NCBI GenBank assembly: GCA_013265495.1
Contig: MU058463.1
Location: 2,069,523 to 2,133,522, forward strand
Direction of reading: 5' to 3'
Origin: Vicugna vicugna
Taxonomy: Eukaryota
DNA: 64,000 nt
A program made the position numbers and the translations under genes. Shown in pieces: positions 38,141-50,825 of the stretch (position 1 is the stretch's first letter; the number at the start of each line of letters is the position of its first letter). A model generated the notes under the pieces. That model made no database searches and was not told the origin of the DNA. It worked only from the letters and a program-made list of their open reading frames with translations.

Positions 38141-39079
38141 CGGCATTTGAAAATCTTTATCCCAAGGATCTATTTGCTGAAATGAATCACATAATTTAGA
38201 AGGTCTGGTATGATATTCTTTGTCCTGAATTCTGTATCGAAACTATGGATTTAGCTTCCCCGGTGGAAAAACCTCACAACTTCATTGTGTTTATCATGGT
38301 ACTGTGTCTTTTCCTCTTTCACTCCCAAACTGTGAAAGTATAAAGGAAAGGGAAAATTAAAAGCCAGAACAAATGACAAAACAGAAGTGGAAAACTTCAT
38401 AATACACATCAGCCCCATTAAGAGTGCTCTTTGTCACCGTTCAGTTTCTAGTTTCCATCTTTGGGGGCTCCTTTCTTTATCTTTTAAAAGATTCAGAAGC
38501 ATTATTAGCTTACGGCCGTAATCCTTTGGAATCTCCCCTCAGATATATTTGGCAGGTGTCTATGTTCGGGGAAATCTTTTTCCTTAATACTCGTGTTATG
38601 AATAAGGTGAGGTTGTAGGCTCCATGAAGCAATGTGGACATGGGTATGAACACAAAAATCTCCTGAGGCAAGGTCCTCCCCACGATGTAATTTTCCACTG
38701 GCTTGCCCTCCACCCAACCAGAGACGTGGAGTCAGGGCCTTGTTTCTCCAAACATCTACCATTTAATGAAGGAGGAAAAAAATGAGGAACTGGCGAATAC
38801 AGAGACCATGTTTGCCTTACTCTCACTTTTTTTTCTCCTTCCCCAAGGAAAGAAAGACACTACTCTCCAAAATCTCCAGAAACTGTCAGACTGAAATTTC
38901 AAATATTCCAAAAAACTTCTTTTGGTATATGAAAATTCTAAGACTACCCTCATATTTCAGATACATTTTATTAAAATGGGATAGATTATACAAAAAGGGG
39001 GGAAAGTAGTGGCTAAGTGGATTTATTTCCATTATCAGAATTAACATTCCCCAAGCAGAAAACTCGTCCTCAGTTTTCC

Positions 39080-39330
39080 CTCCCTCCACATCCACTCGAT
39101 CATGCAGTGCTCTGTTAACATTTCTTTGAAGTGTCTCTGGAACCCCTTTTCAATTCCTAGTCTCTACCTTGATGCCACTGCTCCTGTTCCCAGACCCAAC
39201 TGTCTATGTTTATTCTTTCCCCTTCTCCCTGGCTTCCAAATTAATCTTCCTAACACACTTTGATTAGGCCATACCCCTTCTTTGAAACCTTCCATGAGTC
39301 CCCAGTGCCTACAGAATGAAGCCCCAAAGC
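39080..39330 (+). mobile_element. L2 fragment
   Basis: aaaccttccatgagtccccagtgcctacagaatgaagcccca. Confidence 0.6.
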
Positions 39331-40053
39331 TATACATAGCTGCCGCCTGGAGGCCACCTGCTGACTTGCTGTGCTGGATTCTGGATTCAACTTAGGCTAC
39401 AGAGAATAATCATTTTTCATGGAAGATGGGACACCTTTTTTTGCTCTAAAGAAGGCCAATGGTGGGAAGTTAAGAAGATAGAAAGAAGCTTTCACGTTCA
39501 CATCTATGGAGAAGAGCATCCATGAGGAATAACCTTATGCTCACAAGGAGACATCAGTCTTCCCATATGACTCTTTCAGAAGGAACGCAACACATTTCTT
39601 CTCCATTGTTTCCGCCTTGGAGTACTACACTAACCATAGCATTTTCTGAACAAAGCACAAATAAGAATTCTCCAATTTACACTTTAATTGGCCCCTGGTC
39701 TTATTTTCCTAGAAACACAATGCTGTAAATTAAGATTCCATTCTTGACACAAACCATTACATAAAATCTCTAAATTAATCAGACAATAACTTTAAAAAAC
39801 ACAAAATTGGCTTTTACACACATTGAGAATGTAAAACAAACATTTAATGTCATTTCTCAAGTGTTCCTTTGGGGGATATTTTTCTTTTTGTGGTCTGGAC
39901 AAGCTAATGCATCTTCAAATATAAGCGTTAAAGAGTTCTAACATGGAACTATTTTGGTCTCGGTTTTCTTAATACAAGTTAAGTGCCAACTACTCCAACA
40001 TTCAAAAATATAATCTTTATGCAGAATTAGCAAAGTGGCTGAAAAAAGCTGGT

Positions 40054-41640
40054 TGTGACGTTGACCCCCTCAAATATCTATACCTTTATATAAAGTATAC
40101 AAAGGGTAAAATTGGAGTACCGAGGCGAACTGGAAACTGGAGAGAGGATTTCTTTAGAGACAAGGGTAGCTGTGCTGAATCTCCCTCGTCTCTGTTTTTG
40201 AGAGTGGAATGGGACTGTGATACTGTCGTCTAACCTCAAGCCTAATGTAAGGACCTTGAGGAGACCATTCAGAGAGCTCGAGATGTGCCCCCTGAGGTTT
40301 GAGGGGCAGAGTAGAAGGCGTGTCTGATTCACCTGGGCCATGCAAAGGACAAGAGCCTGGTTGGGGCAGCAAAGGATAAGCCATAGTGTGAGAAAGAGCA
40401 TCGTCCTTGTGGACAGAGCATCTCACATGTGCATTTCACATACACCAAATGTGGGTCATGAACAAGCAAGTGTCAGAGAAATCACCTTGGATGCTGTGCA
40501 AGAGGGTGCCCTGGAGAGACAAAGAAACATCTGCAGAAAGTTACTGTAGGAGCGGCTGGAATTCTCAGGAAATGACAACTGAATCCTAAGTGAATCATGA
40601 TGGAAGACGCATTCATCCATAGCAGGGAAACTCATGTGTAAGACCCCATGTGATGGTGGCGGATGGAGGGATGTCTTCAAAGAACTCAGGTACCCTGAGA
40701 TGCTGCCATGGTCAATGTAAATTTCATCATGTCAGAGATATTCAAAAAAAGATCCTTTCCGTATGGGGGTTTCTCAAAAACCAAAAGTAGAACTACCATG
40801 TGACCCAGCAATGCTATCCTGGAGAGAAACAAAAACACTAATTTGAAAAGATACATGCACCCCAGTGTTCATAGCAGCACTATTTACAATAGCCAAGACA
40901 TGGAAGCAACCTAAGTGTCCATCAACAGACGACTGGATAAAGGAGATGTGGTATGTATATATATATATATATATATGTATATACAATGGACTCCTACTCA
41001 GCCATAAAAAAAAAAAAGAATGAAATTTTGCCATTTGCAGTAACATGGATGGACTTGGAGAGCATTATGCTAAGTGAAATAAGTCAGACAGAGAAAGACA
41101 GATACTGTATGTTATCACTCACATGTAAAATCTAAAAAATAAAAGAAACGAATGAATATAACAAAACAGAACAGACTCACAGATACAGAGAATGAGCTAG
41201 TGGTCGCCAGAGGCAAGAGGGAAGCAGGAAGGGCAAGATAGAGATGAGTTAAAAAAAGAGGTTACTATAGGATTATATGAAATTGTGTGTGTGAAAAGCA
41301 CTATAGAATTTAAAAGCTCTTTCACTCAATAAAAAAAATTAAAAAATCCCTTCTGCCCCTTTGACCTCTTCTTCCTCCTCTCAATTAACCCTAGAGAAGT
41401 CAGCTCGGTGACCCGGGAAGAGGAGTAGAGGAACTAGGAATGGAAGCAGACAATGAGGTGACCATGCCCTCGCAGTCCCATTGCATTTGACTAGATATAC
41501 TTCTCAACTTAGACTCTTAGTGATTCAAAGTGACTAGTGGGGTTGTGTTATTGAAAGTGACCAAAAAGTCATACGCCTCCCCTACATTTCATTTGGGAGC
41601 AGAAATATAATATTCTAACCACACTGAACATTAGAGCAGA
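40054..41640 (+). mobile_element. Ancient Gypsy-type LTR (MamGypLTR-like), split by an L1
   Basis: TG start (tgtgacg). The 3' part aaagtgactagtgg...aagtgaccaaaaagtcat...atttcatttgggagcag resembles the MamGypLTR1 end. Confidence 0.4.
40762..41340 (+). mobile_element. 5'-truncated L1 (ORF2 end plus 3' UTR)
   Basis: gatacatgcaccccagtgttcatagcagcactatttacaatagccaagacatggaagcaacctaagtgtcc, an AATAAA/A-tail and a degenerate TSD aaaaa(g/a)atcc(t/c)ttc(c/t)g. Confidence 0.9.
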
Positions 41641-42724
41641 TTGCCTTGAAATGTCACTGTCAGTGTTTCTGAATGGTAGACGCTGGTGGTAGGTGGGACA
41701 GTTTTGTGCCACTCAATCAAATGTTTCTACTCCAAGAATTCCTTGTTCTTCTGTTTGGGCAAAACCTACTTATTTCAAGAGCAAATGTTTTATGGCTACT
41801 CGTTAAGTTATAATTTTATTTTATTTTATAACACAAGGATTTATGTATCATAAAGGAAAAAATTCTGGTCAACTAAAAGAAAATTATTTTAATATAGCTC
41901 AATTATGACTCATGCTGTGAATTTAAGATTTGGAACTTTGTAAGAAGTTCTTTTCTCATTGTTTTTGAACAGCAGCTTTTTTTCCCTGCTTGTGTCTGAA
42001 CACGCAGGAACAAAATCTGCTTGATTTATCTGTACTCTAAGAACATTCTCCTTGAGTCTAGAAGTGTAAACCTCAGGTACTGGATCATTGCCAACCCTAA
42101 GCTCCTAGTGAACTGAAGAACTGAGGATGGATCTTGTCTTAATGCTGTTGTGATATGACTTAGTATGAGTTATGGCAGATTCAACATCTCAACTGTAAGA
42201 AACCTCAAACAGAATGTGCCCATGTACTAACAGTGATACTCAGAAAGCCACAAGGGCGTCTGAGATCACTCCCTTTGCCCCCTGCAGTGGGTATAATATT
42301 TAACAAGTATCTACTGAATGAGGGGATATATGAGACACGGTGAGATGGAGGTGCTGGGTATTAAAGAGAACTGTGTGAAGTTTAATTTTCACCCAACATC
42401 TGTCATTCGTCTTACCAAGTGAAGAGAGAAAATTGGCTTCATTCTGTATGTATTTTAAAGGATAAATATGCCCTTTCAAATATAAATACTACTATGTCTG
42501 GAATTTGTGTAACATTTGTTTATCTACTAGATTATAATATCTGCAAGGGAAAAGGACTGACATGTTTTTTTTCAATCATCCAAACATATGTGGAATGCTG
42601 ATATCGCTAGGCTGGGTATTGGAGTAAATAAAAAAATCCAACTAAAATACAATTCAAATCAAAAAACAGTAGGAGTTTAGGATAGATAGGGAAAATATGC
42701 CTAATTATAGAGTTACTGACTTAC

Positions 42725-43510
42725 ACTTCTGGTCCTCTAACCATGAGAGAGTAATGAGGACTGGATTTGCCCACCTGCCTGAATTTTAAAAAGAAAAAAA
42801 AAGCAGACAAAATATGTGAAACAGTGCTTTTTCAGACTTCGGCCAGCAGGTAGTGTAAGACAGTGATCTTTGAGAGAGGGAAGCATGACCCAGCTCACTC
42901 TTGCCTCAAGCCTAGAAAGGGTTTTCCAGCACAGCCAAGGAAGAGCGAAACCAAATAGAGCTTGAGAGTCTCCCTCAGTAGAGGACACAGCTGAACGTCA
43001 AGAAACCAGGCAACTAGAAAGCGCAGGGCAGAAGGCTCTGGAGAAGACAGATGTGCAGAGAGAAAGCGAGCTCAGAATCGGCAGAGGCTCCCTTGCTTGA
43101 GGGCTGAACAGCGTGAATCCAGAGACAGAACCACCTGAAAGGAGCAGGAGGAACAATCCTGGGGTTCACCCAGGACTAGGAAGAGCCCCTCTTCCCACCA
43201 AGCTCAGCCCACATGAGCAGGGAGCAGAGCCCTCAGAAGGGGATTGCCTTAGCAGTGCTGCCAAATCAGGCGCAGACTGCAGGCTGCTTGGGACCTGCCT
43301 AAGGACACTTAAAGGCAAGCCTCAAAAGGATCAGACTGATGCCAACCAACTTAATTGCAGCCCAGAGCAAAACCCAGAAATATTTAAAGTGGTACCAAAA
43401 AAAAAATCCAGCATTGTAAAATTCACAATGTTTGGCATTTAGTCAAAAATTATAAGTCATGCAAAGCAAGAAAATATGACCTATGACTAAGGAGAAAGAA
43501 AATTATAACA
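42725..43510 (+). mobile_element. Old L1M 5' region fragment
   Basis: gactggatttgccc...gacaaaatatgtgaaacagtg and gtaaaattcacaatgtttggcat...tcaaaaatta...catgcaaagcaagaaaatatgacc. Confidence 0.7.
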
Positions 43511-43599
43511 TAAAGAAGCAATCACTGGGGATAGTTTGTATTTGTTTCCTGAAGGGGAGAGTGTGAGGGTCCAGGGGTGAGAAATAAAGGATTTTAATG

Positions 43600-43960
43600 A
43601 AAGATGTTAAAAAGGAAAAAAAAGATGGCTCAGTTGAAAGACTTCAGCAGAAATCTAGAAATGAGGTAATAATGTCTTTCTCAAGATCTGCTGCTATTGA
43701 ATAAGGAAGATACGAGATCTGTTTCAAATGTGTGGACCATGGGGCTTGCATATGGCAAACCATGAAGAGAAAGGATGTTTCAAAGCTCCATTGTGTTTTT
43801 TTCTTTAATTACTGTAACTTGGAAAAGAATGTTATCATAAGCCAACAAAGGAAGCTAGAAGGCGATCAGATCAGCCTTGGATATGCTGAGCGTGAGGTCA
43901 CTGTGGGTCACATCAAGTGGAAGGCAGGCTGTAGGAGACTGAGAGCAGATGGAAAGAGCA
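43600..43960 (-). mobile_element. L2 fragment
   Basis: gaggtcactgtg...ggaaggcaggctgtaggagactgag. Confidence 0.45.
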
Positions 43961-44689
43961 GAGTAGATGGCCCAGCAGCTCTGCCAGTGGCTCTTCCTGC
44001 TTTCTGAGCATCAGAAGCCCCAAGGCCACTGACCTTGTCGCTACCCTGTATGCTGCTGAGTCATCCAAGTCACATCCAAAGAGGAAACTCCATTCAACAG
44101 CATAACTCTATGGAAAAACTAGACTTGTTTGTGAATAACCTGTAATTTTGCAGGAATTCCCCCTCAAATTGGGCTTCTGGAAACTTGCATCCTTCGCCAC
44201 AGTCTGTGGACTCTTGTAATGACACTTGCTCTTCTTCTCTGGGCCCTAGTCTGCATCTCCTGCTCACCTGTGTTCTCATGTAGCTTTGGCCCCTCTGCAG
44301 ACTAGCTCCAGGCAAGTCCCATCCTGCCTGGTCCTCGGGCCTCCCTTCCTTCTCAAGCTGTGCAGAGTGAAATTATTTCCATTTAGGTGATTACCCTCCC
44401 AGGGTCTATACCTCATGCTCTCACCTAGGGGCCCACGGCCTGGCTAAGAGGATGCCAAACCAGTGAACTGGCATTTACTCTGGACTTCTGCTTTCTTCAT
44501 TCAGCTACACTATTTGTGTCCAACTTCACGTGATTGCCAATTCCAGAAGAATCACTGGCATGCCTTACCCCTAAATGCCAGGTGTATTTGCTTTAGTCAC
44601 TGCTCAGTCCATATTATAGAAATAAAAAGTGCTGTGATCTCCAAAGCCTGGTTTCTCCTTCGCAATACTTCCTGCAGAAAATACCTATA

Positions 44690-44865
44690 TTGTCTCTCAG
44701 TGATTACCAGCCTGGAATCAGAGGGCCGTAGACTAGATCTATTAGTTTTCACAGTAAGCCTATATATTTTGTGCATATTTTTAAATATTATTCTGAGAAG
44801 GTAGCTCTAGGTTTCATCAAACTTCCAAAAGCATCCAAGACACAAGAAAGGTGAAGAAACCCAAG
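44690..44865. mobile_element. hAT-Charlie non-autonomous element
   Basis: attattctgagaagg...aggtttcatcaaacttccaaaag...aaaggtgaagaaaccc. Confidence 0.55.
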
Positions 44866-47800
44866 GAAACCAGTTGTCTCATGCAGAGCTCTATTCTTGG
44901 GTTCAGTAATCAGTCCGAAGCATTGACCACCTGGTAAGGCATAAGGCAGTTTGTGGGGAGAATGGAGAACAAGATGTGTCAGGCATAGTCCTGGCAGTTC
45001 ACATCTGCCTGGGGAGAATAAGCCATATACATGACATCTACATAAAAACTGGACAAAACCCCTTTCCATCATAGTCCCCTGTTTTGTTTTCCTCACAGAT
45101 CTAATAACAGTTGACATTATCTCGTCTGTTTCCACTTTACTTGTCTGCTATTTACTGTCTGTCTCTCCCACCAGAATGTCTTATTCACTAAATCTCCCGA
45201 CCTAGAACAGGGCCTGGCTCCTAAAGGGAGCTCAACAAAGATGCGGTGGATGTGCACACAAAAAAGTAAATAAAGGAACAAAGACTAGAGCAAATCTGAA
45301 ACTAAACTACATCCAGGCAGCACCATGCAAAAATAAACAAACCAAAAACCCTTCTTACTCCTCATCTCTCGGTACCCATTTCTTTCTGTCTCCAAAAGCC
45401 CACACTGAGAGAAGCCACTTAACTCCCTCCTGCTCTCTCTCATCCAGGGATTTCCCTTCACCCCAGGTTACGTTCCCTGTCTGCTTCCTTTGTCCTCCTG
45501 GAGCTGGAAATGTCATTCTCCTTCCAAGCAGCTGCAGCCCTCGGCATTTCTGGTGGACACAATTCTCCCTGCTGCACACACTTGAAAGGCTAAATTCGTA
45601 GCAGAACACCAGCAAGCGCACTGGACTTCAAAGGAGGGAAGGACCAGCAGGCCTTGGAGTTGTCAAGAAAAACTTCATGGCAGGAGTGTGACTTGAGCTG
45701 GTGCTTGAAGGATTAGGTTTCCAGGAGTTCCTACCGGTGGCCTGTCCCCGGACAGGGCCCCACGCAGTACAGATCAGCGTTTGTAGCACTCACGGGCTGA
45801 CAAGCCGAACTGTTCAAGAAGGGAATTGCAGCTACTATTTAAACAGGCCCAGAAGGATGCTCAGCACTGTAGGTCCATTCACAGCTTTAGTTCAAATAAA
45901 ACTGAACTCTAAATTCCCTGAGTAAACTTCATCACCTCTCAAACACTTATCCCTTCAGCAAACCGTGGTGTAGTCCCTGATTTCTGAAACCTTTAGAAGG
46001 TGCTCAAGGGCCTGGAGAAGGGTATTCAATTGCAAATTCCTCAGTGCCTCCCTCTCTGGGACTCTACCATGGCAGGAATGCTAACATTGGGCATTTAACT
46101 AGGACTTTTTCCATGCAAGGGACCTAGAAGTTTTTCACACAGATTATCTTATTATAACCCCTAATTAGAATTTTCCATTTTAAAAGTGCTTCAGGAAGGC
46201 TTCCTGTCTCTCTAACATTTCCTCAGGTTCTACTCCCTAAAGCAGCCACCTCATATGACCTCATGTTACCTGAGCTTACAACCATTGAAGTCAATCTTTT
46301 ATTGCCGGTGGGCCAGGTTTTAAATATCAGTTCATTGTCTGGGATGGGTCACATCACAAGCTGATAGAGCACTTTGTCAGACATAGGCTGGTCTCCTAAA
46401 AAGTAGAGAAATCCCTAAGGAAAGTGAATAAATTAAGACTGTGGGTGGAGAATAGGAAAAGAAAGGATGAAAGTTTCAGACCATGAAAAGGGGAGAGTGA
46501 GAAATGGGTGGGCAGCCAGGTGGCTAAAGGAAGTCAGGGGAAGTGATGGGATAAATGGCCAAAGAGAAAGAGATGGTCTCCACACCCAAGTCCAGCTTAC
46601 TGAGTGCAGGTGTAGGTAGAACGAGCCTATGTGCTCAGAGCCGCCATCCAAGACATGATGAAATCAGAAGATGCCCTAGAACTCATGTTCTTAGTTATAA
46701 TTTTAGAAACTGTAAAATATGAATTTTAGCTATAAACAAGACTGAGAAAGGTTAACCCCTGATTCTCCTACCATCTCAAAAAAGCTCTGTTGTATATACA
46801 GAAGGAAGTACAGGTTTCCATTCTTCCATAATCTTGTAAATGATTTCTGAGGATAATTCCCATAAGCATGCTCTCTCCAGTTTCCAATGTCCTCTTCTTT
46901 CCTGCCAGAAGCCAACTGGCATCTCTCCTTTCCACACTCAGTAGCTCAGATCTGCTTCTACCTTCTTCTGTGGTCTCAGACTTGACCCTCCCACCGGCTT
47001 CAGCCCCAGCCTGTATCCCCACGGCTCCCCTCCCCTCCTGTCCTCCCAAAGAACAGCAGCTGGTTCCTGACATGAACTCGCCATCCCCCTGCTCCCTTCT
47101 GTCAGCAGCCGAGCTGATGGCACTGAAATTCACCATTCTTCCAAGTGGGTGTGGTTTCAAATTAATTTTTAATTCCTAAAATCTACTTCTCAGATATAAT
47201 CCATATTTTTCTTGTATAATCGGCATCTTTCTCAATTTAGTAGGGTAAGCTAGACACATTCTCTTCAAAGAAATGTATTAGAGCGATGATTTCCTAGCAA
47301 ATTACTTTCATTTGTACCCACTGGCACTCTGAATAAAGAAATAACCTAAATTCTGGCTTTTCCCTTCTACAACATGTACCCCAGTTCTGAGCATCTTCTT
47401 TTGAAAATAAAATATTAATCTTGGTTCTTCTCTCCAGACTTTTTAGTTGTATATTTTCAAAGTTTTCATGAAAAGGTAAACAAAAACTATAGCTTCTTTC
47501 CAGAACTGAGTATGTTCAATCCAGTCTCTTGCCTCAAACAGGGAACCTAGAATAATGAAACATGTGTTTGGCTCCCTGTCAAAAGAAACACTGCTTTCCT
47601 GTTCCTCTCACTGCCAGTCCCTCAGCCAAGCATTGATCCCTAGGGATCTGTGAAGTTTCCACATCTCACTTACTTTAGAGCTTAAGAGAGGGAATGTCTC
47701 TAAATTACCCAGTACTAAGTGATCAGTTTAGGTAAAGTGCTATCATTTCTTCATTAAAATCATCCTCCAGGACTCAGTTATTTCTCTTCCAATCACCTTC

Positions 47801-48139
47801 ATACTTTTTTGACTCAAATACAAAGATTAATAGAATAATATGATAAGCTGTGAAATAAAACAAACTGCTTTCTTTCTTTCTCCACCAATAAATCTCCGTG
47901 TCTCCCTGAGTTACATTTTGTCACTAAAACTAAAGATACTTCCGTAAGATATCCATCAAATTAATTACGCCATGCTGTGTAGTGGAAGGAGCATTCAACT
48001 AAGTCAAAACACCTTGGTTCTATTCCAAAATCTGCATCTAATTATGCAGCTCTCCTAATTCCACTGGGTCTCCATTTCCTCATTAGTAAAATTAGCAAGG
48101 CAAGCTATACGATTACCACACTCTTTGCAAATGTCATTA

Positions 48140-49140
48140 TTCATTCATTCAGTATTTATGGAAAACTGACTGTATCCCAGGCACTACGTTAGGCACTGAA
48201 TATATAAAATGTCATGGCTTCCAAGAGCCCACGCAGTGAATGAGACTGAAATAAAAACAATATCCACAGAGGAAAGGGAGCTTGGAAGATACCGACAGAT
48301 CAATCTAAGTTTCCCTGGAGACGGGACCAGGGGTCGTGCAAAAGAGATGCCAGCTGGACAAGGACTCGAGGGATAAGAGGCAGTCCAGCAAACAAAGAGG
48401 ACCGGATGAGGGGCTGAGGATGGGGAGAATCTGAAACATAGAGAAGAGAACGTACAACAGGATCATACACGGTTAGTTCCTTAGAATTTCTCAAAGCACA
48501 GACAGAAAAGAAATGGCATTTTGGGGACAGTGGAGATGTCAAGGTTGGCTCGTACTCAGCGCACAGTGAGGAATGGCAGTAGATGTGCCAGGAAGAGAAG
48601 CTGGGGCCACATTGTGTACGAGCACCACGGGCATCGGGATTTAGGCATCACCCGGGCAATGGGATGCAGCCAAGGTGTAGAAGCAGAGGAGCACGTTGGC
48701 AGCAGGTGGGGATGGACTGGTGGTAGTGGGTCTGGCAGCGGTAAGATCAGCTGAAATACTCCTGCAAGAACCTAAGCGAGAGAGAAGGAGGACCCAAAAT
48801 AATGAAGTGGCAGTGAGCATGTAGAGGAGGGACCATACACGACGGAGATTCCTGAGGCATAATTGACTGGCTTTGCTGACCATTAAATGTTGGTGGAGAG
48901 CAAGAGGAAGGAACTGAGAGTACTTGGATGCTGGTTTTGCCCATTAAGATGGCATATGAAGGTGGAGGAGCAGTTATAAGATGCAAGATAAGATGTTCAG
49001 CTGGGGACAAGTAGTGCATACTGTGTCTTGAGAACACGCCGATGCAGCTATCCATTCGGTAGTCGCATAGTCAGGTCTGGACTTCAGGAGAGAAGGTCGT
49101 GACTTGGAGGTTAATATGGACACCAGTAATAACATCTAGA
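48140..49140 (-). mobile_element. L2 element (3' end at 48140), preceded by a MIR at ~47970-48120
   Basis: tcattcattcagtatttatgg...ccaggcactacgttaggcactg and caggtctggacttcaggagagaaggtc. Confidence 0.75.
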
Positions 49141-50039
49141 TGGTAGAGGTGTGTTGACTTTGTTCCTTTTCCCTTAATGTTTTCCTAACATCCTCGGCAC
49201 AGTGCTGTTGGAGTAGGGGCTCGAGAAATGCTTTGTTGGTTGACTGACTGAATGAGTGGCTGTGGTATTCCTACTTCTCAGAAAATTCACAGGACAGAAG
49301 GCTGCTTTCTCTTGCAGTCTCAGAAAGTGACCTGGATTTACAAATGGAAGTAATTCGTTTGGAATTGAAGTAATTCCTTCTTTTAGAATGGAAGTAATTC
49401 TTAAACAAAGCGTCCTTGTCTAACGCCACGTCACAAGACCACTTCCTAGAATCCTTAGAGAAAAACACCCATAGCTAAGATTTTAGGGGATTGAGAAAAA
49501 TGATAGAGCTGTTGGGAGATCCAGGAGATGCCACCAATGAATGTGCGATCAGAAAGCAGGGATTTCTCTCTCCACTTAAATACCAAATTCTGCATTTAAA
49601 ATCGGTGTCATTTACTGGATGTGCATGTGGGCAAGTGTTGAGGAAGGTGGAGTGGTTTACAGCCTCAGTGGGACAGACATAAAGATGAAAGGTGACAGAG
49701 TGGAGAGAAAAATGACAAGACAAAGCTCCAGCCTGTCTGTCCCTTTGAGGTGGGAAGGTTTAAATTTTAAGGTTTAAGTTAGAGTGATAAAGATAAGAAG
49801 GGACAAAACTTCCAGACCCCCAGTTCATGCCTAGAAAAGGATGGCTTCTCCAAATTCAAGATACATTTAAAACTTTCAAATGGCCTGTAATTTAGATAAT
49901 AAAATTTCTATGTGGGCTCTTCGGACTAATCTGCCTGGTGGTACTTAAAGTCATGAAGCCATGAAAGTGTTTTCCGAAAAAAACATATAGAATGAGAAGG
50001 AAAAAGGGTCAAAGACAGAATGAAATAGAACACTAAACT

Positions 50040-50190
50040 TAGCTCTTAAATTGTTTCAGATACAAGATCATTCGAGAATCTGTTTATAGCTGTGGACCAT
50101 CTACCCAGAAAAAAAAATTAACACATTTTAGCATGGAATTTAAGGGGATTCACTGACTCCATGACTCAAGGATCCCAAGTCAAGGAGGAA
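50040..50190. mobile_element. hAT-Charlie MITE fragment
   Basis: tcgagaatctg...agctgtggacc...ccagaaaaa...aggggattcactgactcc. Confidence 0.55.
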
Positions 50191-50404
50191 AAGGACACAA
50201 ATAACCAATTTCCATTTGTCCATTTTGCTATTACAAATCTTTCCAAGAACTCTGATAGTAAATGAGACCCTTGGGGTTTTTTGTTTTGTTCATTTTTCCT
50301 GCCATTGAGAAGCTATTATAGTGTTTCTGAGCATGAAGAAAGAACCGAGAATTGTGAAATGTATGTACAAAATGTTGTATGTCAATTATACCTCAGTTTT
50401 TAAA

Positions 50405-50825
50405 AGTATGTATACATCCATTCATGAGATTCCAAACACACACAACTCCATAGCATAGGAAACTGTAAAACCATCAAAATCCACTACTGACACATGCTGT
50501 AGCAGGAATGACTCTTACACATCATGCTATGTCAAAGAAGGCAGATGCGAAAGACCACACGCTGTCTGGTTCCATGTGTATAATGTCCAGAAAAGGCAGG
50601 TTTAGAGAGACAGAGAGTAGGTCAGTAGTTGCTTAGGACTGGAAGCAGGAGTGGGTCCTTCCTACAAACAGACACGAGAAAACTCTTCAAGGCGATAGAA
50701 ATGTTCTATAACTGGATTGTGGTGACGGTTGCACAGTTCTATACATTTACAAAATGTCATTGAATTAAACACGAAGGGTGGGAATTATTTGTAAAATATA
50801 CCCTGATAAAGTGATTTTTTAAAAA
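50405..50825 (+). mobile_element. L1MB 3' UTR
   Basis: aatgtccagaaaaggcagg...gacagagagtagg...aaatgttctataactggattgtggtgacggttgcaca. Confidence 0.85.

Noticed and set aside
46768..47179. Overlapping 130-aa and 103-aa ORFs
   Set aside because: Low-complexity purine/pyrimidine-skewed sequence, probably ancient repeat-derived, with no domain similarity.
49343..49400. Spaced direct repeats as a CRISPR-like array
   Set aside because: Eukaryotic context, only three 14-bp units with 6-10 bp spacers, and no cas genes.
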